The notes below the pieces were generated by a model that saw nothing but the letters and a program-made list of their open reading frames with translations, had not been told where the DNA came from and searched no databases. From assembly GCA_964627085.1 (NCBI GenBank), contig CAZVIP010000001.1:3654-67653 (forward strand): 64,000 nt of DNA. Direction: 5' to 3'. Position numbers and translations under genes: made by a program. The stretch is from an uncultured Candidatus Saccharibacteria bacterium (GTDB lineage Bacteria > Patescibacteriota > Minisyncoccia > Phycocordibacterales > CAIZLB01). This document shows positions 20,651 to 31,039 of this stretch, one piece after another. Position 1 is the stretch's first letter. The number at the start of each line of letters is the position of its first letter.

Positions 20651-21712
20651 TTATTTTTTCTTATTATTCTTATTTGGATTCTTTGTGTTTTTCACACTTT
20701 TGGTACTTTTTGCGCTTTTGCTATTTGTAGAAAGCGGCTTTGCCTTAGTCTTTTTAACTTTTTGTTTAATTATTTTTGATTTCTTTGCTACAACTGAACT
20801 TGTTTTTATCTGAGCCAGAGTATGTGACTCAGCATTTAGTTTATTCTTTTTGTCCTGGAGCGAAGTCTTGATGTCTCTGATTTTTTGAATATCCTTAACC
20901 TTACTTTCGCTTATTGTTGGAAGAATAATCGCAGAGCATATGTCCTCGAAACTCTTTGGATCAAAACTTGCTCGTCCAATCAATAAACCATCAACTTCAC
21001 CGTTCCAAATAATATCCTCTGCATTTTCAGCATTTACTGAACCCCCGTAGAGAATCTTTGTTCCTGTTGCAATGGAATCATTATATAAATCTCGGAGAAC
21101 TTTGCGGATATAAATAACCATCTGATGAAGCTCATGTCCTGTGAGAACAACAACATCCTTTTTACCAATAGCCCACACAGGCTCATAAGCAATCACGAGG
21201 TTTGCAAAATCAGTATTAGACATTCGCGAGAGCGAAGACTTAATTTGTCGTTTGATCTCATCTAGGTATAGACCTTCTGCATCTCTCTCGGTCTCACCAA
21301 TACATAAAATAGCATTCATTTTTGTGAGGAGTATCTGACCCATCTTAACGGCAACAATTTCATCTGTATCACCCATAGCACGCCTCTCTGAGTGGCCCAC
21401 GATAGAATAACTAGCACCAATAGAGTGTATGAGACTGGCAGAGACCTCTCCGGTCTTTGACCCCATCTCAAAAAAAGATGCGTCCTGACTACCAACAAGA
21501 GTCGGTGAACCAGCAAATGCTGATTTAAGGATTGAAATCAAGGGGTACGGCGGACAAACCAATACCTGAAGAGAGACATTAGATTTATTTACCTTTTTAT
21601 ATGTCTTTGAAATTGTAGCAAAAGCGACAGCGCGCTTATTGGCCTCAGCAAGAGTGGCTGGCGTCATTTTCCAGTTCGCGACAATAAGTAGTTTTTTATT
21701 TAGTTGTGACAT
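20651..21712 (-). CDS. tpiA: Triosephosphate isomerase with about 100-aa Lys-rich C-terminal tail
   Basis: ANWKM, GHSERR, AYEPVWAIG and GGSV TIM signatures. Tail is K/S/T-rich and ends KNNKKK. Confidence 0.9.
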   Translation of the reverse strand: MSQLNKKLLIVANWKMTPATLAEANKRAVAFATISKTYKKVNKSNVSLQVLVCPPYPLISILKSAFAGSPTLVGSQDASFFEMGSKTGEVSASLIHSIGASYSIVGHSERRAMGDTDEIVAVKMGQILLTKMNAILCIGETERDAEGLYLDEIKRQIKSSLSRMSNTDFANLVIAYEPVWAIGKKDVVVLTGHELHQMVIYIRKVLRDLYNDSIATGTKILYGGSVNAENAEDIIWNGEVDGLLIGRASFDPKSFEDICSAIILPTISESKVKDIQKIRDIKTSLQDKKNKLNAESHTLAQIKTSSVVAKKSKIIKQKVKKTKAKPLSTNSKSAKSTKSVKNTKNPNKNNKKK

Positions 21713-21766
21713 GATGGAATTATATCATGTGCAAATTTTGTCGCTGTCCTTGTGTCTCGCTTTTTT

Positions 21767-23551
21767 TTATTGTTCAATCTCCTTCCAAGTATCCACATTC
21801 CAAGCACCAGATGGTCCAGAATCAAATGAAATGTCTGCAAGGCCTGATTCATATGTCACCGTTGCACCGCCTTCCATAATTATCTTATTCGCTACAGCAG
21901 ACTTTGCAGCAAACCCCCCACTAAACTTGATTGTTCCAAATGGTGCCAAAAGCACAACTGAACTTGCGCCTCCTTCAGCAACTACTGTGATACCTGATCC
22001 AGTCTCAGTTTTGTCTGTTATTAGCAAAACATAACTTCCTGACTGACCATTTCCAGTAACCACACCCCCGCCTTGTAGACTTGCAGTATTAGCTACAATA
22101 AATTCATCCCCTGTACCGTATCCAGTAGCAAGCTGTACACGTCCACCTCCTTCTACCTTGAATAAACCAGTCACATATAGCGGACCATTAAGAGTAAGTA
22201 TTGCACCCCCTCCAACAATCAAATCACCGTTAATTTTCATTGGTCCTTGTGTACTTGTTGAGGTATTATTGCCCAAATTCCAAGTTGAATTTCTGACGAC
22301 ACCGGTTGATGCCTCATCTTTCCATGCTTGAATATTGGCAGCTGAAATTGGCATACCGATAGCAGTTGGAAGTGGTTGTGTAAGATTACAAGCCTTATTA
22401 TTTCCAGTTCCAAGCTGACAATAGAGCGCACCACTCACTGTTGAGTTATTTACCGAACCAGCATTGGCACTACCGTTTATTGTCATACCACTGATTGTCC
22501 CAGTTGTCCCAACAGACATTGAGAAAAATACATCCTGTCCACTGGTTGCATCATAATAACTTCCCCATGTTGTACCATTCTTATTCCTAAGCTTGAGCTG
22601 ACCATCAGCATATACACCATTATTTGTAGCAAAAGTATAATAATTCGCATTACTTCCTTGATATTCAATCGTCATCCAATAATCCGTATTTGCAGATATG
22701 GAAGCAGGTGTTGCAGGATAAATTTCAACCCAATCATATGCCGTTGTCACGAGCGAGGCACTCATAGAGCCCGTACCACCAATTTGAGTGGTTCCAACTG
22801 AACCACCACTATTATTGTAAATTTTGAGTGTTGCATTCGCAGGTGCACCAGTCTTTTTTACATAGACATTAAAAGATGAGATCTGTGTTGTTGTAGCGAG
22901 GCGAAATTTTTGGGCAAAGAGCTGGACATTATTTGATTTACCTACATCAATAGTTGTCGTAGGGGTTGATGTAGTACCATTTTGCATGATCGGCGTATCA
23001 CTCAAATATGATGCAACCGTTGCATTTCCAGTGATTGTTGAACCACCCGACGCAGTAATATTTCCATTTGAATATACATTTCCATACACTGTTGGTCCTC
23101 CACTCATTTGAAAACCTCCATTACCAACTTGCAGTCCGAAATTAATTGAGACACCTGTACCTTGTGTGAATCTCGCCCTTGAAGCCCGCTGTGAAGTACC
23201 ATTTTCACCAATTGCAATGATTTGTTTTGAACCACCCACATCAGTAACCTGTGCAGTTGAAGTTGAACCATTTACCGAGAGCACAAGTGTGGCAGGCAAT
23301 GTACGGCCAGAATTAAGTCTATACAGTGCATCATCTTGCAAAATATCCGCGGAGTTTACACTTTTGCGAGCAGAAAGTATTAGATTAGAGTTTTTGATTT
23401 GTGATGCAATTGGTGATGCAATACCAATGACAACTACAAGTGAGAGTACCAAAAAAATCATGACCGTCATCATAATGACTTGCCCGCTTTGTTTGTTCAC
23501 CTTTTGAAGACTCACTCTTTTTCCAAATATGTTTTTTTGCATCTTTTTCAC
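21767..23551 (-). CDS. Large pilus-associated protein (N-terminal TM anchor, Gly/Thr/Asn-rich beta-rich body), putative pilus tip/adhesin component
   Basis: 594 aa. Single N-terminal hydrophobic helix. It is the last gene of the pilB-pilC-pilin cluster. No assignable family. Confidence 0.45.
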   Translation of the reverse strand: MKKMQKNIFGKRVSLQKVNKQSGQVIMMTVMIFLVLSLVVVIGIASPIASQIKNSNLILSARKSVNSADILQDDALYRLNSGRTLPATLVLSVNGSTSTAQVTDVGGSKQIIAIGENGTSQRASRARFTQGTGVSINFGLQVGNGGFQMSGGPTVYGNVYSNGNITASGGSTITGNATVASYLSDTPIMQNGTTSTPTTTIDVGKSNNVQLFAQKFRLATTTQISSFNVYVKKTGAPANATLKIYNNSGGSVGTTQIGGTGSMSASLVTTAYDWVEIYPATPASISANTDYWMTIEYQGSNANYYTFATNNGVYADGQLKLRNKNGTTWGSYYDATSGQDVFFSMSVGTTGTISGMTINGSANAGSVNNSTVSGALYCQLGTGNNKACNLTQPLPTAIGMPISAANIQAWKDEASTGVVRNSTWNLGNNTSTSTQGPMKINGDLIVGGGAILTLNGPLYVTGLFKVEGGGRVQLATGYGTGDEFIVANTASLQGGGVVTGNGQSGSYVLLITDKTETGSGITVVAEGGASSVVLLAPFGTIKFSGGFAAKSAVANKIIMEGGATVTYESGLADISFDSGPSGAWNVDTWKEIEQ

Positions 23552-23569
23552 TTGTTTACAATTAAATAA

Positions 23570-24121
23570 TTACTGATAAGTACCACGTAAAATCACTGTA
23601 CTATAAAAGTTTTTTGAAATTACAGCCGGAGTTGCCTCATCTGATAAAAGACTGAGCTCAATCTTTAATGCCACTGAATTTGAGGTAGTTATTTGATAAA
23701 GAGTAAAACCTATAACCTTCACACTTTCATTTGTGAGAGGCCCTTGATTAATATTATTTTCAGACACATAAAGCTTGTCTCCAGAAACAAAAAATCGAGT
23801 TGTTGTTGATTGGCCAGAGGTCAAATCTGTTGCGATAAACGTCACGGCACCAGGTGAGATTTGAAATGTGGATGATGCCGCATTAATACTATCTGAACTA
23901 CGAGCCACACGTGTGATTCTATCAAGTACAGAAATTGCTGAGTCCTCAATCTCTCTTGTGTTTCGGACGGCTCTATAATTGGTCGTAATCATAAGTACTG
24001 ACTGCACAATTGTCCCGAGAAGCAAAACAAGCATCGACATATATACAAGCAGCTCAATAAGTGACATCCCTCTGATGTATTTAGCTTTTGAGTTTACTTT
24101 TGAGCAGTTTTTCATGTTCAT
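23570..24121 (-). CDS. Pseudopilin / minor type IV pilin-like protein
   Basis: N-terminal GMSLIELLV hydrophobic segment resembling a prepilin class III signal. Start trimmed to avoid overlap with the upstream pilin gene. Confidence 0.6.
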   Translation of the reverse strand: MNMKNCSKVNSKAKYIRGMSLIELLVYMSMLVLLLGTIVQSVLMITTNYRAVRNTREIEDSAISVLDRITRVARSSDSINAASSTFQISPGAVTFIATDLTSGQSTTTRFFVSGDKLYVSENNINQGPLTNESVKVIGFTLYQITTSNSVALKIELSLLSDEATPAVISKNFYSTVILRGTYQ

Positions 24122-24125
24122 GTGA

Positions 24126-24605
24126 TTAATTATTGAAAGTTTTGAAGATATATAGATCGACCGATCTTGTGGTTGTCCCAGCTTGCCCAGGCCATGCCAC
24201 ACTGACTGTGGCTCTTCTGCTATTTGTATCTACTGTGCCACCGCTTTCTACCAAATTAAAACTTCCATCTCTATATGCATCTGAATACACGATTGTTCGA
24301 GTAAAAATATCAACAATTTGCGGAGTGGTTGTCGCTGTCCAATTTCCATTTCTCCATCTCAAATAATATGTTGTTCCAACTGTGCTTGAGGCAATGTTTG
24401 ACCATGAGGTATCTCGCATCACTCTCACAGCTTCTACACCCTCTTCGATAAGAAAAGTACTTTGTATCTTCTCAGTATTTTGAAGTGAGATGTCGACCAG
24501 TGATCGATATGCATTAATAATACCGATAATAACTGAACCCATAATCGCAGAGGCGATAATTACTTCAACCATTCCAAAACCTTTTTTATTTTTAAACCGA
24601 TTCAT
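24126..24605 (-). CDS. Type IV pilin-like protein (prepilin N-terminus)
   Basis: MNRFKNKKGFGMVEVIIASAIMG: G/F-x-x-x-E prepilin cleavage/methylation motif. Confidence 0.7.
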   Translation of the reverse strand: MNRFKNKKGFGMVEVIIASAIMGSVIIGIINAYRSLVDISLQNTEKIQSTFLIEEGVEAVRVMRDTSWSNIASSTVGTTYYLRWRNGNWTATTTPQIVDIFTRTIVYSDAYRDGSFNLVESGGTVDTNSRRATVSVAWPGQAGTTTRSVDLYIFKTFNN

Positions 24606-24613
24606 TATTAGTA

Positions 24614-25156
24614 CTATTGTACCTCAACTAATCCGGTTCCGTATATATTTATCAACTTTTGCTTGTTGGTAATTCCTGTTGATTTGAAAATTATTGTACC
24701 AGTTGCATTTGGTGTACCTGAAATTTTATTAAAATACACATCAACAGCACCACCGGAGAGGTTGATACTATCTACATATGTCCTATTGTTGAATACCTGC
24801 ACGAGATTTGTTGATGAACCGTTTACAAAACTTTTCCCTTGGAAAAGAGTAGCTGTCGTCGAAGCAAAGTGCACACCATAGTTTAGATTTCTTTCACCAC
24901 CAATCGTGAGTGCCTTAGCGCGGATTAATGTACTGACAACATTTTCAACGTCTTTATCGAGCATCTGCTGATTAGTCATTTGCTTAAAGACAGTCATGGA
25001 TAGACTAAGGAGCAATGTCAAAATACCAATTGAAACCAAGATTTCAATCAAAGTAAAACCAGCCATTCCTTTAGGCGTATTTTCGCGAGTACCTTTACTT
25101 ACCTCAACAGTTCCGTTTTTATTCAAATTTTTATCAAAAATAGATAATTTGGTCAT
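24614..25156 (-). CDS. Type IV pilin (probable major pilin)
   Basis: KGMAGFTLIEILVSIGIL canonical GFTLIE N-methylation motif. 180 aa. Confidence 0.8.
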   Translation of the reverse strand: MTKLSIFDKNLNKNGTVEVSKGTRENTPKGMAGFTLIEILVSIGILTLLLSLSMTVFKQMTNQQMLDKDVENVVSTLIRAKALTIGGERNLNYGVHFASTTATLFQGKSFVNGSSTNLVQVFNNRTYVDSINLSGGAVDVYFNKISGTPNATGTIIFKSTGITNKQKLINIYGTGLVEVQ

Positions 25157-25168
25157 TTTACTTATATT

Positions 25169-26371
25169 TTAGAGATTATTCATAACTGAATACATCGGAG
25201 TAATCATCGATACCGCAAAGAACCCAACGGCCGCACCAATAAAGACCATCAAGAATGGCTCGATAATTGTCGATAGATCTTTTGTCTTTTGCTCAACTTC
25301 ATTTTCATAGAATGTGGCCACACCAATAAGCATGGCAGCCAGTTTACCTGTCTCTTCTCCTACACTAATCATTTCACCCACAAAAACCGGATATAGCTTA
25401 TTTTGCTTTGAAAATACCGTAGATAGTGGCTCTCCTTTTTCAACAATTTTTTCAGTCTCTGCTAATACATCCTTATAATATGTGTTTTGCATCACTTCAC
25501 CTGTGATTTTTACTGCCTGTAGCAAATCAACACCTGCAGACAAAAGCGAAGACAGAGTTCTAGTCGTCTGAGCAGCATTTGACTCCTTCAAAATAGGGGC
25601 AACAATCGGTATTCGAAGTACGATAAAGTCAAAAAATCTTTTACCCTTTTTAGTACGCAGAGCATACATAATCAAGACAATCACTCCAATAACCATGAAA
25701 AAAGCCAATATATAGTAATTCTGTAAAAAAGAACTCATGCCCAATACTATTTTTGTAGAAGTTGGAAGCTCCACCTTGAGATCAGTAAATGTTTTTGTAA
25801 GGCCAGGCACCACATATACCATCATGAGGATACCAATAATGGCCATCACTGAGATAATTACAGAGGGATACATCATGGCTCCTTTTACCTTCTTGTGAAG
25901 GGCGAAAGTCTTATCCATCTGAGATGACACATGTTTTAGTGAATCAACAAGGTTTCCAGACTCCTCGCCTGCTCTAACCATTGAGACAAAGAGCTTACTA
26001 AACACCTTTGGATGGGCAGCCAGTGACTCATTGAATGTCTTTCCAGATGAAATAGATGCATTGAGGGTACGGCAGACGGCCTGCATCTTCTGATTTGTAC
26101 TTTGTCTTTCAATTACATTGATTGCCCTTGAGAGCGAAAGGCCGGCTTCGAGCATGTTCCCCACATTTCGGGCAAAAGTAATCTTATCGAGTGTCTTTAT
26201 TCTCGAAAAGAGAGTTATTTGCATAGATCTTTTTTCTTTGGCTTCTTGCACGGTAACCAAAGTCTCACCAGTTTTTTTGAATTCCTGATAGAAAACTGAT
26301 TTATCAGCAACATCCATACTACCCGAAAATCGAGCACCTTCTTTTGTAATTGATGTATAGGCGAATTTCAT
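25169..26371 (-). CDS. pilC: Type IV pilus assembly platform protein PilC (GspF family)
   Basis: 400 aa with two T2SS-F repeats and three TM segments. Confidence 0.9.
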   Translation of the reverse strand: MKFAYTSITKEGARFSGSMDVADKSVFYQEFKKTGETLVTVQEAKEKRSMQITLFSRIKTLDKITFARNVGNMLEAGLSLSRAINVIERQSTNQKMQAVCRTLNASISSGKTFNESLAAHPKVFSKLFVSMVRAGEESGNLVDSLKHVSSQMDKTFALHKKVKGAMMYPSVIISVMAIIGILMMVYVVPGLTKTFTDLKVELPTSTKIVLGMSSFLQNYYILAFFMVIGVIVLIMYALRTKKGKRFFDFIVLRIPIVAPILKESNAAQTTRTLSSLLSAGVDLLQAVKITGEVMQNTYYKDVLAETEKIVEKGEPLSTVFSKQNKLYPVFVGEMISVGEETGKLAAMLIGVATFYENEVEQKTKDLSTIIEPFLMVFIGAAVGFFAVSMITPMYSVMNNL

Positions 26372-26419
26372 TTCTAATGTGTATATAGTATATCACCACA
26401 ACACCGCGTGTGCGGAATA

Positions 26420-28171
26420 TTACTCAACAGAAACCACACGCAAAATTTCTTCAATTGATGTGAGGCCTTGTACTGCTTTGAAGATTCCGTCTTCAAACAT
26501 TGTGAGCATGCCTTCTTTGCGAGCTTGTACCTCAATATCATCGCTTGTCTGTCCTTTAATAACCATTTCTTTAATTGCAGGAGAAATTTTGAGTACTTCA
26601 TGTATACCCACACGACTCTTGTACCCATCTTCACTTTCAGCATCAGGTACTGGTTTGTAGAACGGAATGGTTGTCCAGTCTGCATTTTTTTCTACGATAT
26701 TTTCCTCTCTAAGTGCATTCAATATTTTATCCATGTCCACATGTTTTGAAACCTGGGCGAGTTCTTCTTTTGTCAAAATATATTTTTGTTTTGAAGAGTG
26801 CAGTCGGCGCACAAGTCTTTGCGCAATTACCACTCGGAGTGTTGATACAAGAAGAAACGGTTCACATTTCATATCAATAAGACGCGGAATACATCCAGCT
26901 GCAGAGTTGGTGTGCAAAGTTGAAAGTACGAGGTGACCTGTGAGTGCAGCATTGATAGCGAGCGCCGCAGTTTCATTATCTCGAATTTCTCCCACCATAA
27001 TTACATCAGGGTCTTGTCGAAGAAGTGAACGAAGTCCAGAGGCAAATGTAAAACCGATTTCAGGTTTTACTTGAGTTTGATTTACACGCTTCATTTGATA
27101 CTCAACAGGATCTTCAACTGTAGAAATATTTACATCAGGTGTATTTAAAATGTCGAGAGTTGTATAGAGGGTTGTTGTCTTACCAGAACCAGTTGGCCCT
27201 GTTGTCAAAATCATACCGTCAGCGAGATTTGTAGCTTCGTGAATAAGCTCAAGGTTTCGGCCGTGAAAACCAAGTTTTTCAAGGGTAAAACCAGATGCGG
27301 TCTCACGCAAAAGTCGCATAACTGTCTTTTCTCCGAAGTATGTCGGTAGTATCGAAACTCGAAATGAAATCTTTTCGCTGTTGAGTTCGATGCGGAATCG
27401 GCCGTCTTGTGGGAGTCTCTTTTCATCCAATTTCAAATTAGAAAGTACTTTGATACGCGCAGTAATACTGGCACCAACTTTTTTTGGCAATACCATGGCA
27501 TCATGCAAAATACCGTCAATTCGATAACGCACCACGACTTCAAGTTCCATTTGTTCGATATGAATATCAGATGCATCCTGGAGTACTGCATGCTTCAAAA
27601 GTGTGTCGACAATACGAACAACAGGTAAATCCTCCGCAAGTTTTTTCAAATCTTCACCGCTTGCACTATCACCTTCTTCTTGTCTTACTTTTAGATTGCT
27701 CGCCTCTTGTTGAATAATATCTCCGAAGTCTGCCTTGAGTGTTTTTTGATATTGGATTAAAGCAGCCTTCATCGACGCCGTATTTGTCAGTCGAGGTAAA
27801 ATCTTGAGACCTGTTTTCTTTTTTACAAAATCAATAGCAGATAAATCATCTGTATCGAGCATAGCAACTTCGAGTGACTCACCTTTTTTATCGTATGCAA
27901 CAATATTGTGATTTCGTGCAATCGGTTCAGGAATAAGAGAGAGAACTTCAAACTCGAGCTTTTGATTTTTCAAATCAATAAATGGTACACCAAGTAAGTG
28001 TGCGAGTATCCTTCTATAATCATCTTCATTAATTTTTCCACCAGAAATAAGTATGTCCCCTATTTCAGATTTCTTGTCGGTTGCAGTTTGAAATGCAATA
28101 TCAAGATCACTTGCACTAATTAAACCAGATTCGACAAGTGCTTGTTTGAGTTGGGTTGATTCGATGAACAT
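26420..28171 (-). CDS. pilB: Type IV pilus assembly ATPase PilB (GspE family)
   Basis: 583 aa. Walker A GPTGSGKTTTLY, Asp box, His box. N-terminal GspII-like region. Confidence 0.92.
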   Translation of the reverse strand: MFIESTQLKQALVESGLISASDLDIAFQTATDKKSEIGDILISGGKINEDDYRRILAHLLGVPFIDLKNQKLEFEVLSLIPEPIARNHNIVAYDKKGESLEVAMLDTDDLSAIDFVKKKTGLKILPRLTNTASMKAALIQYQKTLKADFGDIIQQEASNLKVRQEEGDSASGEDLKKLAEDLPVVRIVDTLLKHAVLQDASDIHIEQMELEVVVRYRIDGILHDAMVLPKKVGASITARIKVLSNLKLDEKRLPQDGRFRIELNSEKISFRVSILPTYFGEKTVMRLLRETASGFTLEKLGFHGRNLELIHEATNLADGMILTTGPTGSGKTTTLYTTLDILNTPDVNISTVEDPVEYQMKRVNQTQVKPEIGFTFASGLRSLLRQDPDVIMVGEIRDNETAALAINAALTGHLVLSTLHTNSAAGCIPRLIDMKCEPFLLVSTLRVVIAQRLVRRLHSSKQKYILTKEELAQVSKHVDMDKILNALREENIVEKNADWTTIPFYKPVPDAESEDGYKSRVGIHEVLKISPAIKEMVIKGQTSDDIEVQARKEGMLTMFEDGIFKAVQGLTSIEEILRVVSVE

Positions 28172-28789
28172 GTATTGCAGATATTATACAACTATCCATA
28201 AAATAAAACTAAATTAAATTTGAAAAATCTGTTGAAAATTTTACTACCTTTGCTTAAAAATTATCAACAGCACCAGTCGCTAGATATGTACAAACATATA
28301 TGAGAGGAATATAATTACAGTGGTTGGTCCTTTTGCACCACAGCTACGTGCATTTTTCTCTCAGCTACATGGGATGAGTGAGAATTAGTTAGTGAGTTTG
28401 CTCAGATAAAAAACCAAATACATACACCCGGCATTCGTGAATCCGTCTTGCCAACGGCCAGTCTTCCCACACTCGTACCATACAAGTGTGGAGACCAAAC
28501 CCTCGCGGCCGCCCTATGAAACTGACAATTTCTAAGGGCGGCCTTTCCATTTTATAGATTTGACACCCCAAGCCAAAAAACATACTATATATAGCGTGAA
28601 TGGTTCGCCCGAAAGGCGGGCCAAATTTTTTACCCAAAAAATCCCGAAATCCAGCGTAAAACCAGCAAAATCTGCCAACACACAGCTAGAAAACCCTTAT
28701 TTTGGGCCAAAAAATGAATAAAATCACAATTTAATATCAAATCTCTGGCCACATGCCAAAGATTTAACGATTTATAACAAAAAAAACAC

Positions 28790-30052
28790 ATGTTTGATCT
28801 CAAAGTTATACATTCAGTGCTAGACCAGCTCGAAGAAGAGCGAGGTATTCCAAAGGAAAAAATCATCGAGGCCATCGAAATGGCCCTTGCAACAGCCTAC
28901 AAGAAAGAATACGGCCGAAAAGGCCAGTATATTAGGGCTTCTTTTGATATTACATCAGGAGATACTCATTTTTATCAGGTCAAAACAGTAGTTGACCCTT
29001 CTTCAGTCATTTATGAAAAAGAGACTACAGAAGAACGCGAAAAAGCTGAAAATGACTCTAAAAATAACGCCGAAAACGCAGAATTAGGCGAAAAAATCTT
29101 CTTTAACGAAGAACAGCACATTTTGATTGACGATGCTCGAAAAATCAAAAAAGACATCAAAGTAGACGATGAACTCGTATTTCCACTAGAAGCAAAGGAT
29201 GATTACGGACGAATCGCTGCCCAGACTGCTAAGCAGGTTATTATCCAGAAGATCCGCGAAGCTGAGAAAGTTTCAGTTCTTGGTGAATTCGGCAAAAAAG
29301 AAGGCGAAATTGTCTCAGGAACAGTCGAAAGAGTGGAAAGAGGCAATATTTACATCAATATGGGCCGAGCCGTCGGTCTTCTCCCTTATGATGAACAAAT
29401 CCAAGGCGAACACTTCAAGCAGGGTGAGAGAGTCCGAGCCGTCCTCCTACGCGTAGACGAAACTCCACGAGGTATTTACCTTAGAATGTCACGCTCTAAT
29501 CCAAAATTCTTGAGTGAACTCTTTAAAACAGAAGTACCAGAAATTGCAGGAGGTGTTGTCGAAATCAAATCTGTTGCACGAGAAGCAGGTGCGCGATCAA
29601 AAATCGCCGTATATTCAAGTGATGACCATGTTGACCCAGTTGGTTCTATGGTTGGATCAAGAGGTGTACGAGTAAACACAGTTTCAAGCGAGCTTGGTGG
29701 TGAAAAAATCGATATCATCGAATGGCATGAAGATCCTGCTAAATTTATCAAAGAATCACTCCAGCCAGCAAAAATTGTCAGCATCAATGTAAATGAAAGT
29801 GACAAGATGGCCATTGTTGAAGTAACAGAAGACCAGCAATCACTCGCAATCGGCAAAGGCGGACAGAACGTTCGACTTGCAGCAAAACTCACAGGATGGA
29901 GAATTGACATCCGATCAGTCAAAGGCGAAGTCCTCGCAGATGCAGAAGGTGAAGACGAAGACAATCTCAAAATAGATGAAAGCGATTTCAAGGATATTTC
30001 AAATCTAAATATCGCTGACGACGTTGCGCCAGAATTTCGAGATAAAGAATAA
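28790..30052 (+). CDS. nusA: Transcription termination/antitermination factor NusA
   Basis: 420 aa. N-terminal RNAP-binding domain, S1 and two KH regions (GxxG, IGKGGQNVRLA). Confidence 0.93.
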   Translation: MFDLKVIHSVLDQLEEERGIPKEKIIEAIEMALATAYKKEYGRKGQYIRASFDITSGDTHFYQVKTVVDPSSVIYEKETTEEREKAENDSKNNAENAELGEKIFFNEEQHILIDDARKIKKDIKVDDELVFPLEAKDDYGRIAAQTAKQVIIQKIREAEKVSVLGEFGKKEGEIVSGTVERVERGNIYINMGRAVGLLPYDEQIQGEHFKQGERVRAVLLRVDETPRGIYLRMSRSNPKFLSELFKTEVPEIAGGVVEIKSVAREAGARSKIAVYSSDDHVDPVGSMVGSRGVRVNTVSSELGGEKIDIIEWHEDPAKFIKESLQPAKIVSINVNESDKMAIVEVTEDQQSLAIGKGGQNVRLAAKLTGWRIDIRSVKGEVLADAEGEDEDNLKIDESDFKDISNLNIADDVAPEFRDKE

Positions 30053-30074
30053 TTATTAAAATTACATATCACAT

Positions 30075-31022
30075 ATGATTAAAGTTTTTGGTCACATATC
30101 ACCAGATACAGATGCAACAGTGAGTGCGATTTTGTGGGCTTGGTATTTGAATACCTACAAGGCACAAAAAGCTGAAGCCTTCGTACTAGGTAGTCTCAAC
30201 AAAGAAACATCATTCGTTCTTCACAAATGGAATATTCCTGAGCCAACTTTGCTCGACCGTGATCTCACAAAAGATGATCAGGTTGTCATTGTAGACACAA
30301 ACAATCCAAAGGAACTTCCAGACACAATTGGTGAAGCAGATATTATTCAAATCATCGATCACCACATGCTTGTAGGAGGGCTTTCTTCACGAAAACCTAT
30401 CCCTGTAACAATCGAACCAGTCGCATCAACCGCAACTGTCATGTTTGATCTCATGAACTCACATGTAGGATCTGAGCGAGCAGGAGGTGAAATTGATTTA
30501 CCAACTGATATTGCAGGATTACTTCTTTCATCAATACTTTCTGACACATTGGCATTTCGATCGCCAACAACAACGCCAAAAGATAAAAGTGTTGCAGATA
30601 GCCTTGCAAAGAAACTCGGCCTCGATATCGAAACATATGCAAATGAAATGTTCGCTGCCAAATCTGATATTTCAGATTTCACAGACAAAGGACTCCTTCA
30701 CCTTGATAGTAAGAAATTCGAGCTCGGCGACAAAAGTGTCAGAGTTTCAGTTATCGAAACAACAAATCCCGAAACAGTACTCGCTCGCAAAGACACAATT
30801 GTGCAAGCAATAGAGGAAATTAAGCAGGAAGAAAGCGACATTACAGACATCTTGTTTTTCGTTGTAGATATCCTCAAAGAAGAAGCAACCGTGTTCACAT
30901 ACAATCAATTCACAAAGGACGTCATCACACATTCTTTCGGAGTTGCAGTAGACGGTGACACACATATTCTTCCAGGAGTAGTTTCACGAAAGAAGCAAAT
31001 TATCCCTTCACTCAAACTTTAA
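30075..31022 (+). CDS. ppaC: Family II (Mn-dependent) inorganic pyrophosphatase, DHH/DHHA2
   Basis: HxSPDTDA, DTNN and IIDHH motifs. About 315 aa, typical of PpaC. Confidence 0.85.
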   Translation: MIKVFGHISPDTDATVSAILWAWYLNTYKAQKAEAFVLGSLNKETSFVLHKWNIPEPTLLDRDLTKDDQVVIVDTNNPKELPDTIGEADIIQIIDHHMLVGGLSSRKPIPVTIEPVASTATVMFDLMNSHVGSERAGGEIDLPTDIAGLLLSSILSDTLAFRSPTTTPKDKSVADSLAKKLGLDIETYANEMFAAKSDISDFTDKGLLHLDSKKFELGDKSVRVSVIETTNPETVLARKDTIVQAIEEIKQEESDITDILFFVVDILKEEATVFTYNQFTKDVITHSFGVAVDGDTHILPGVVSRKKQIIPSLKL

Positions 31023-31039
31023 AATAATCCCCCACACCC

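Noticed and set aside
28389-28875. Two approximately 80-aa minus-strand ORFs between pilB and nusA
   Set aside because: They overlap the nusA start region and the GC-rich hairpin island and have no homology-like features. The region is more plausibly non-coding structured RNA.
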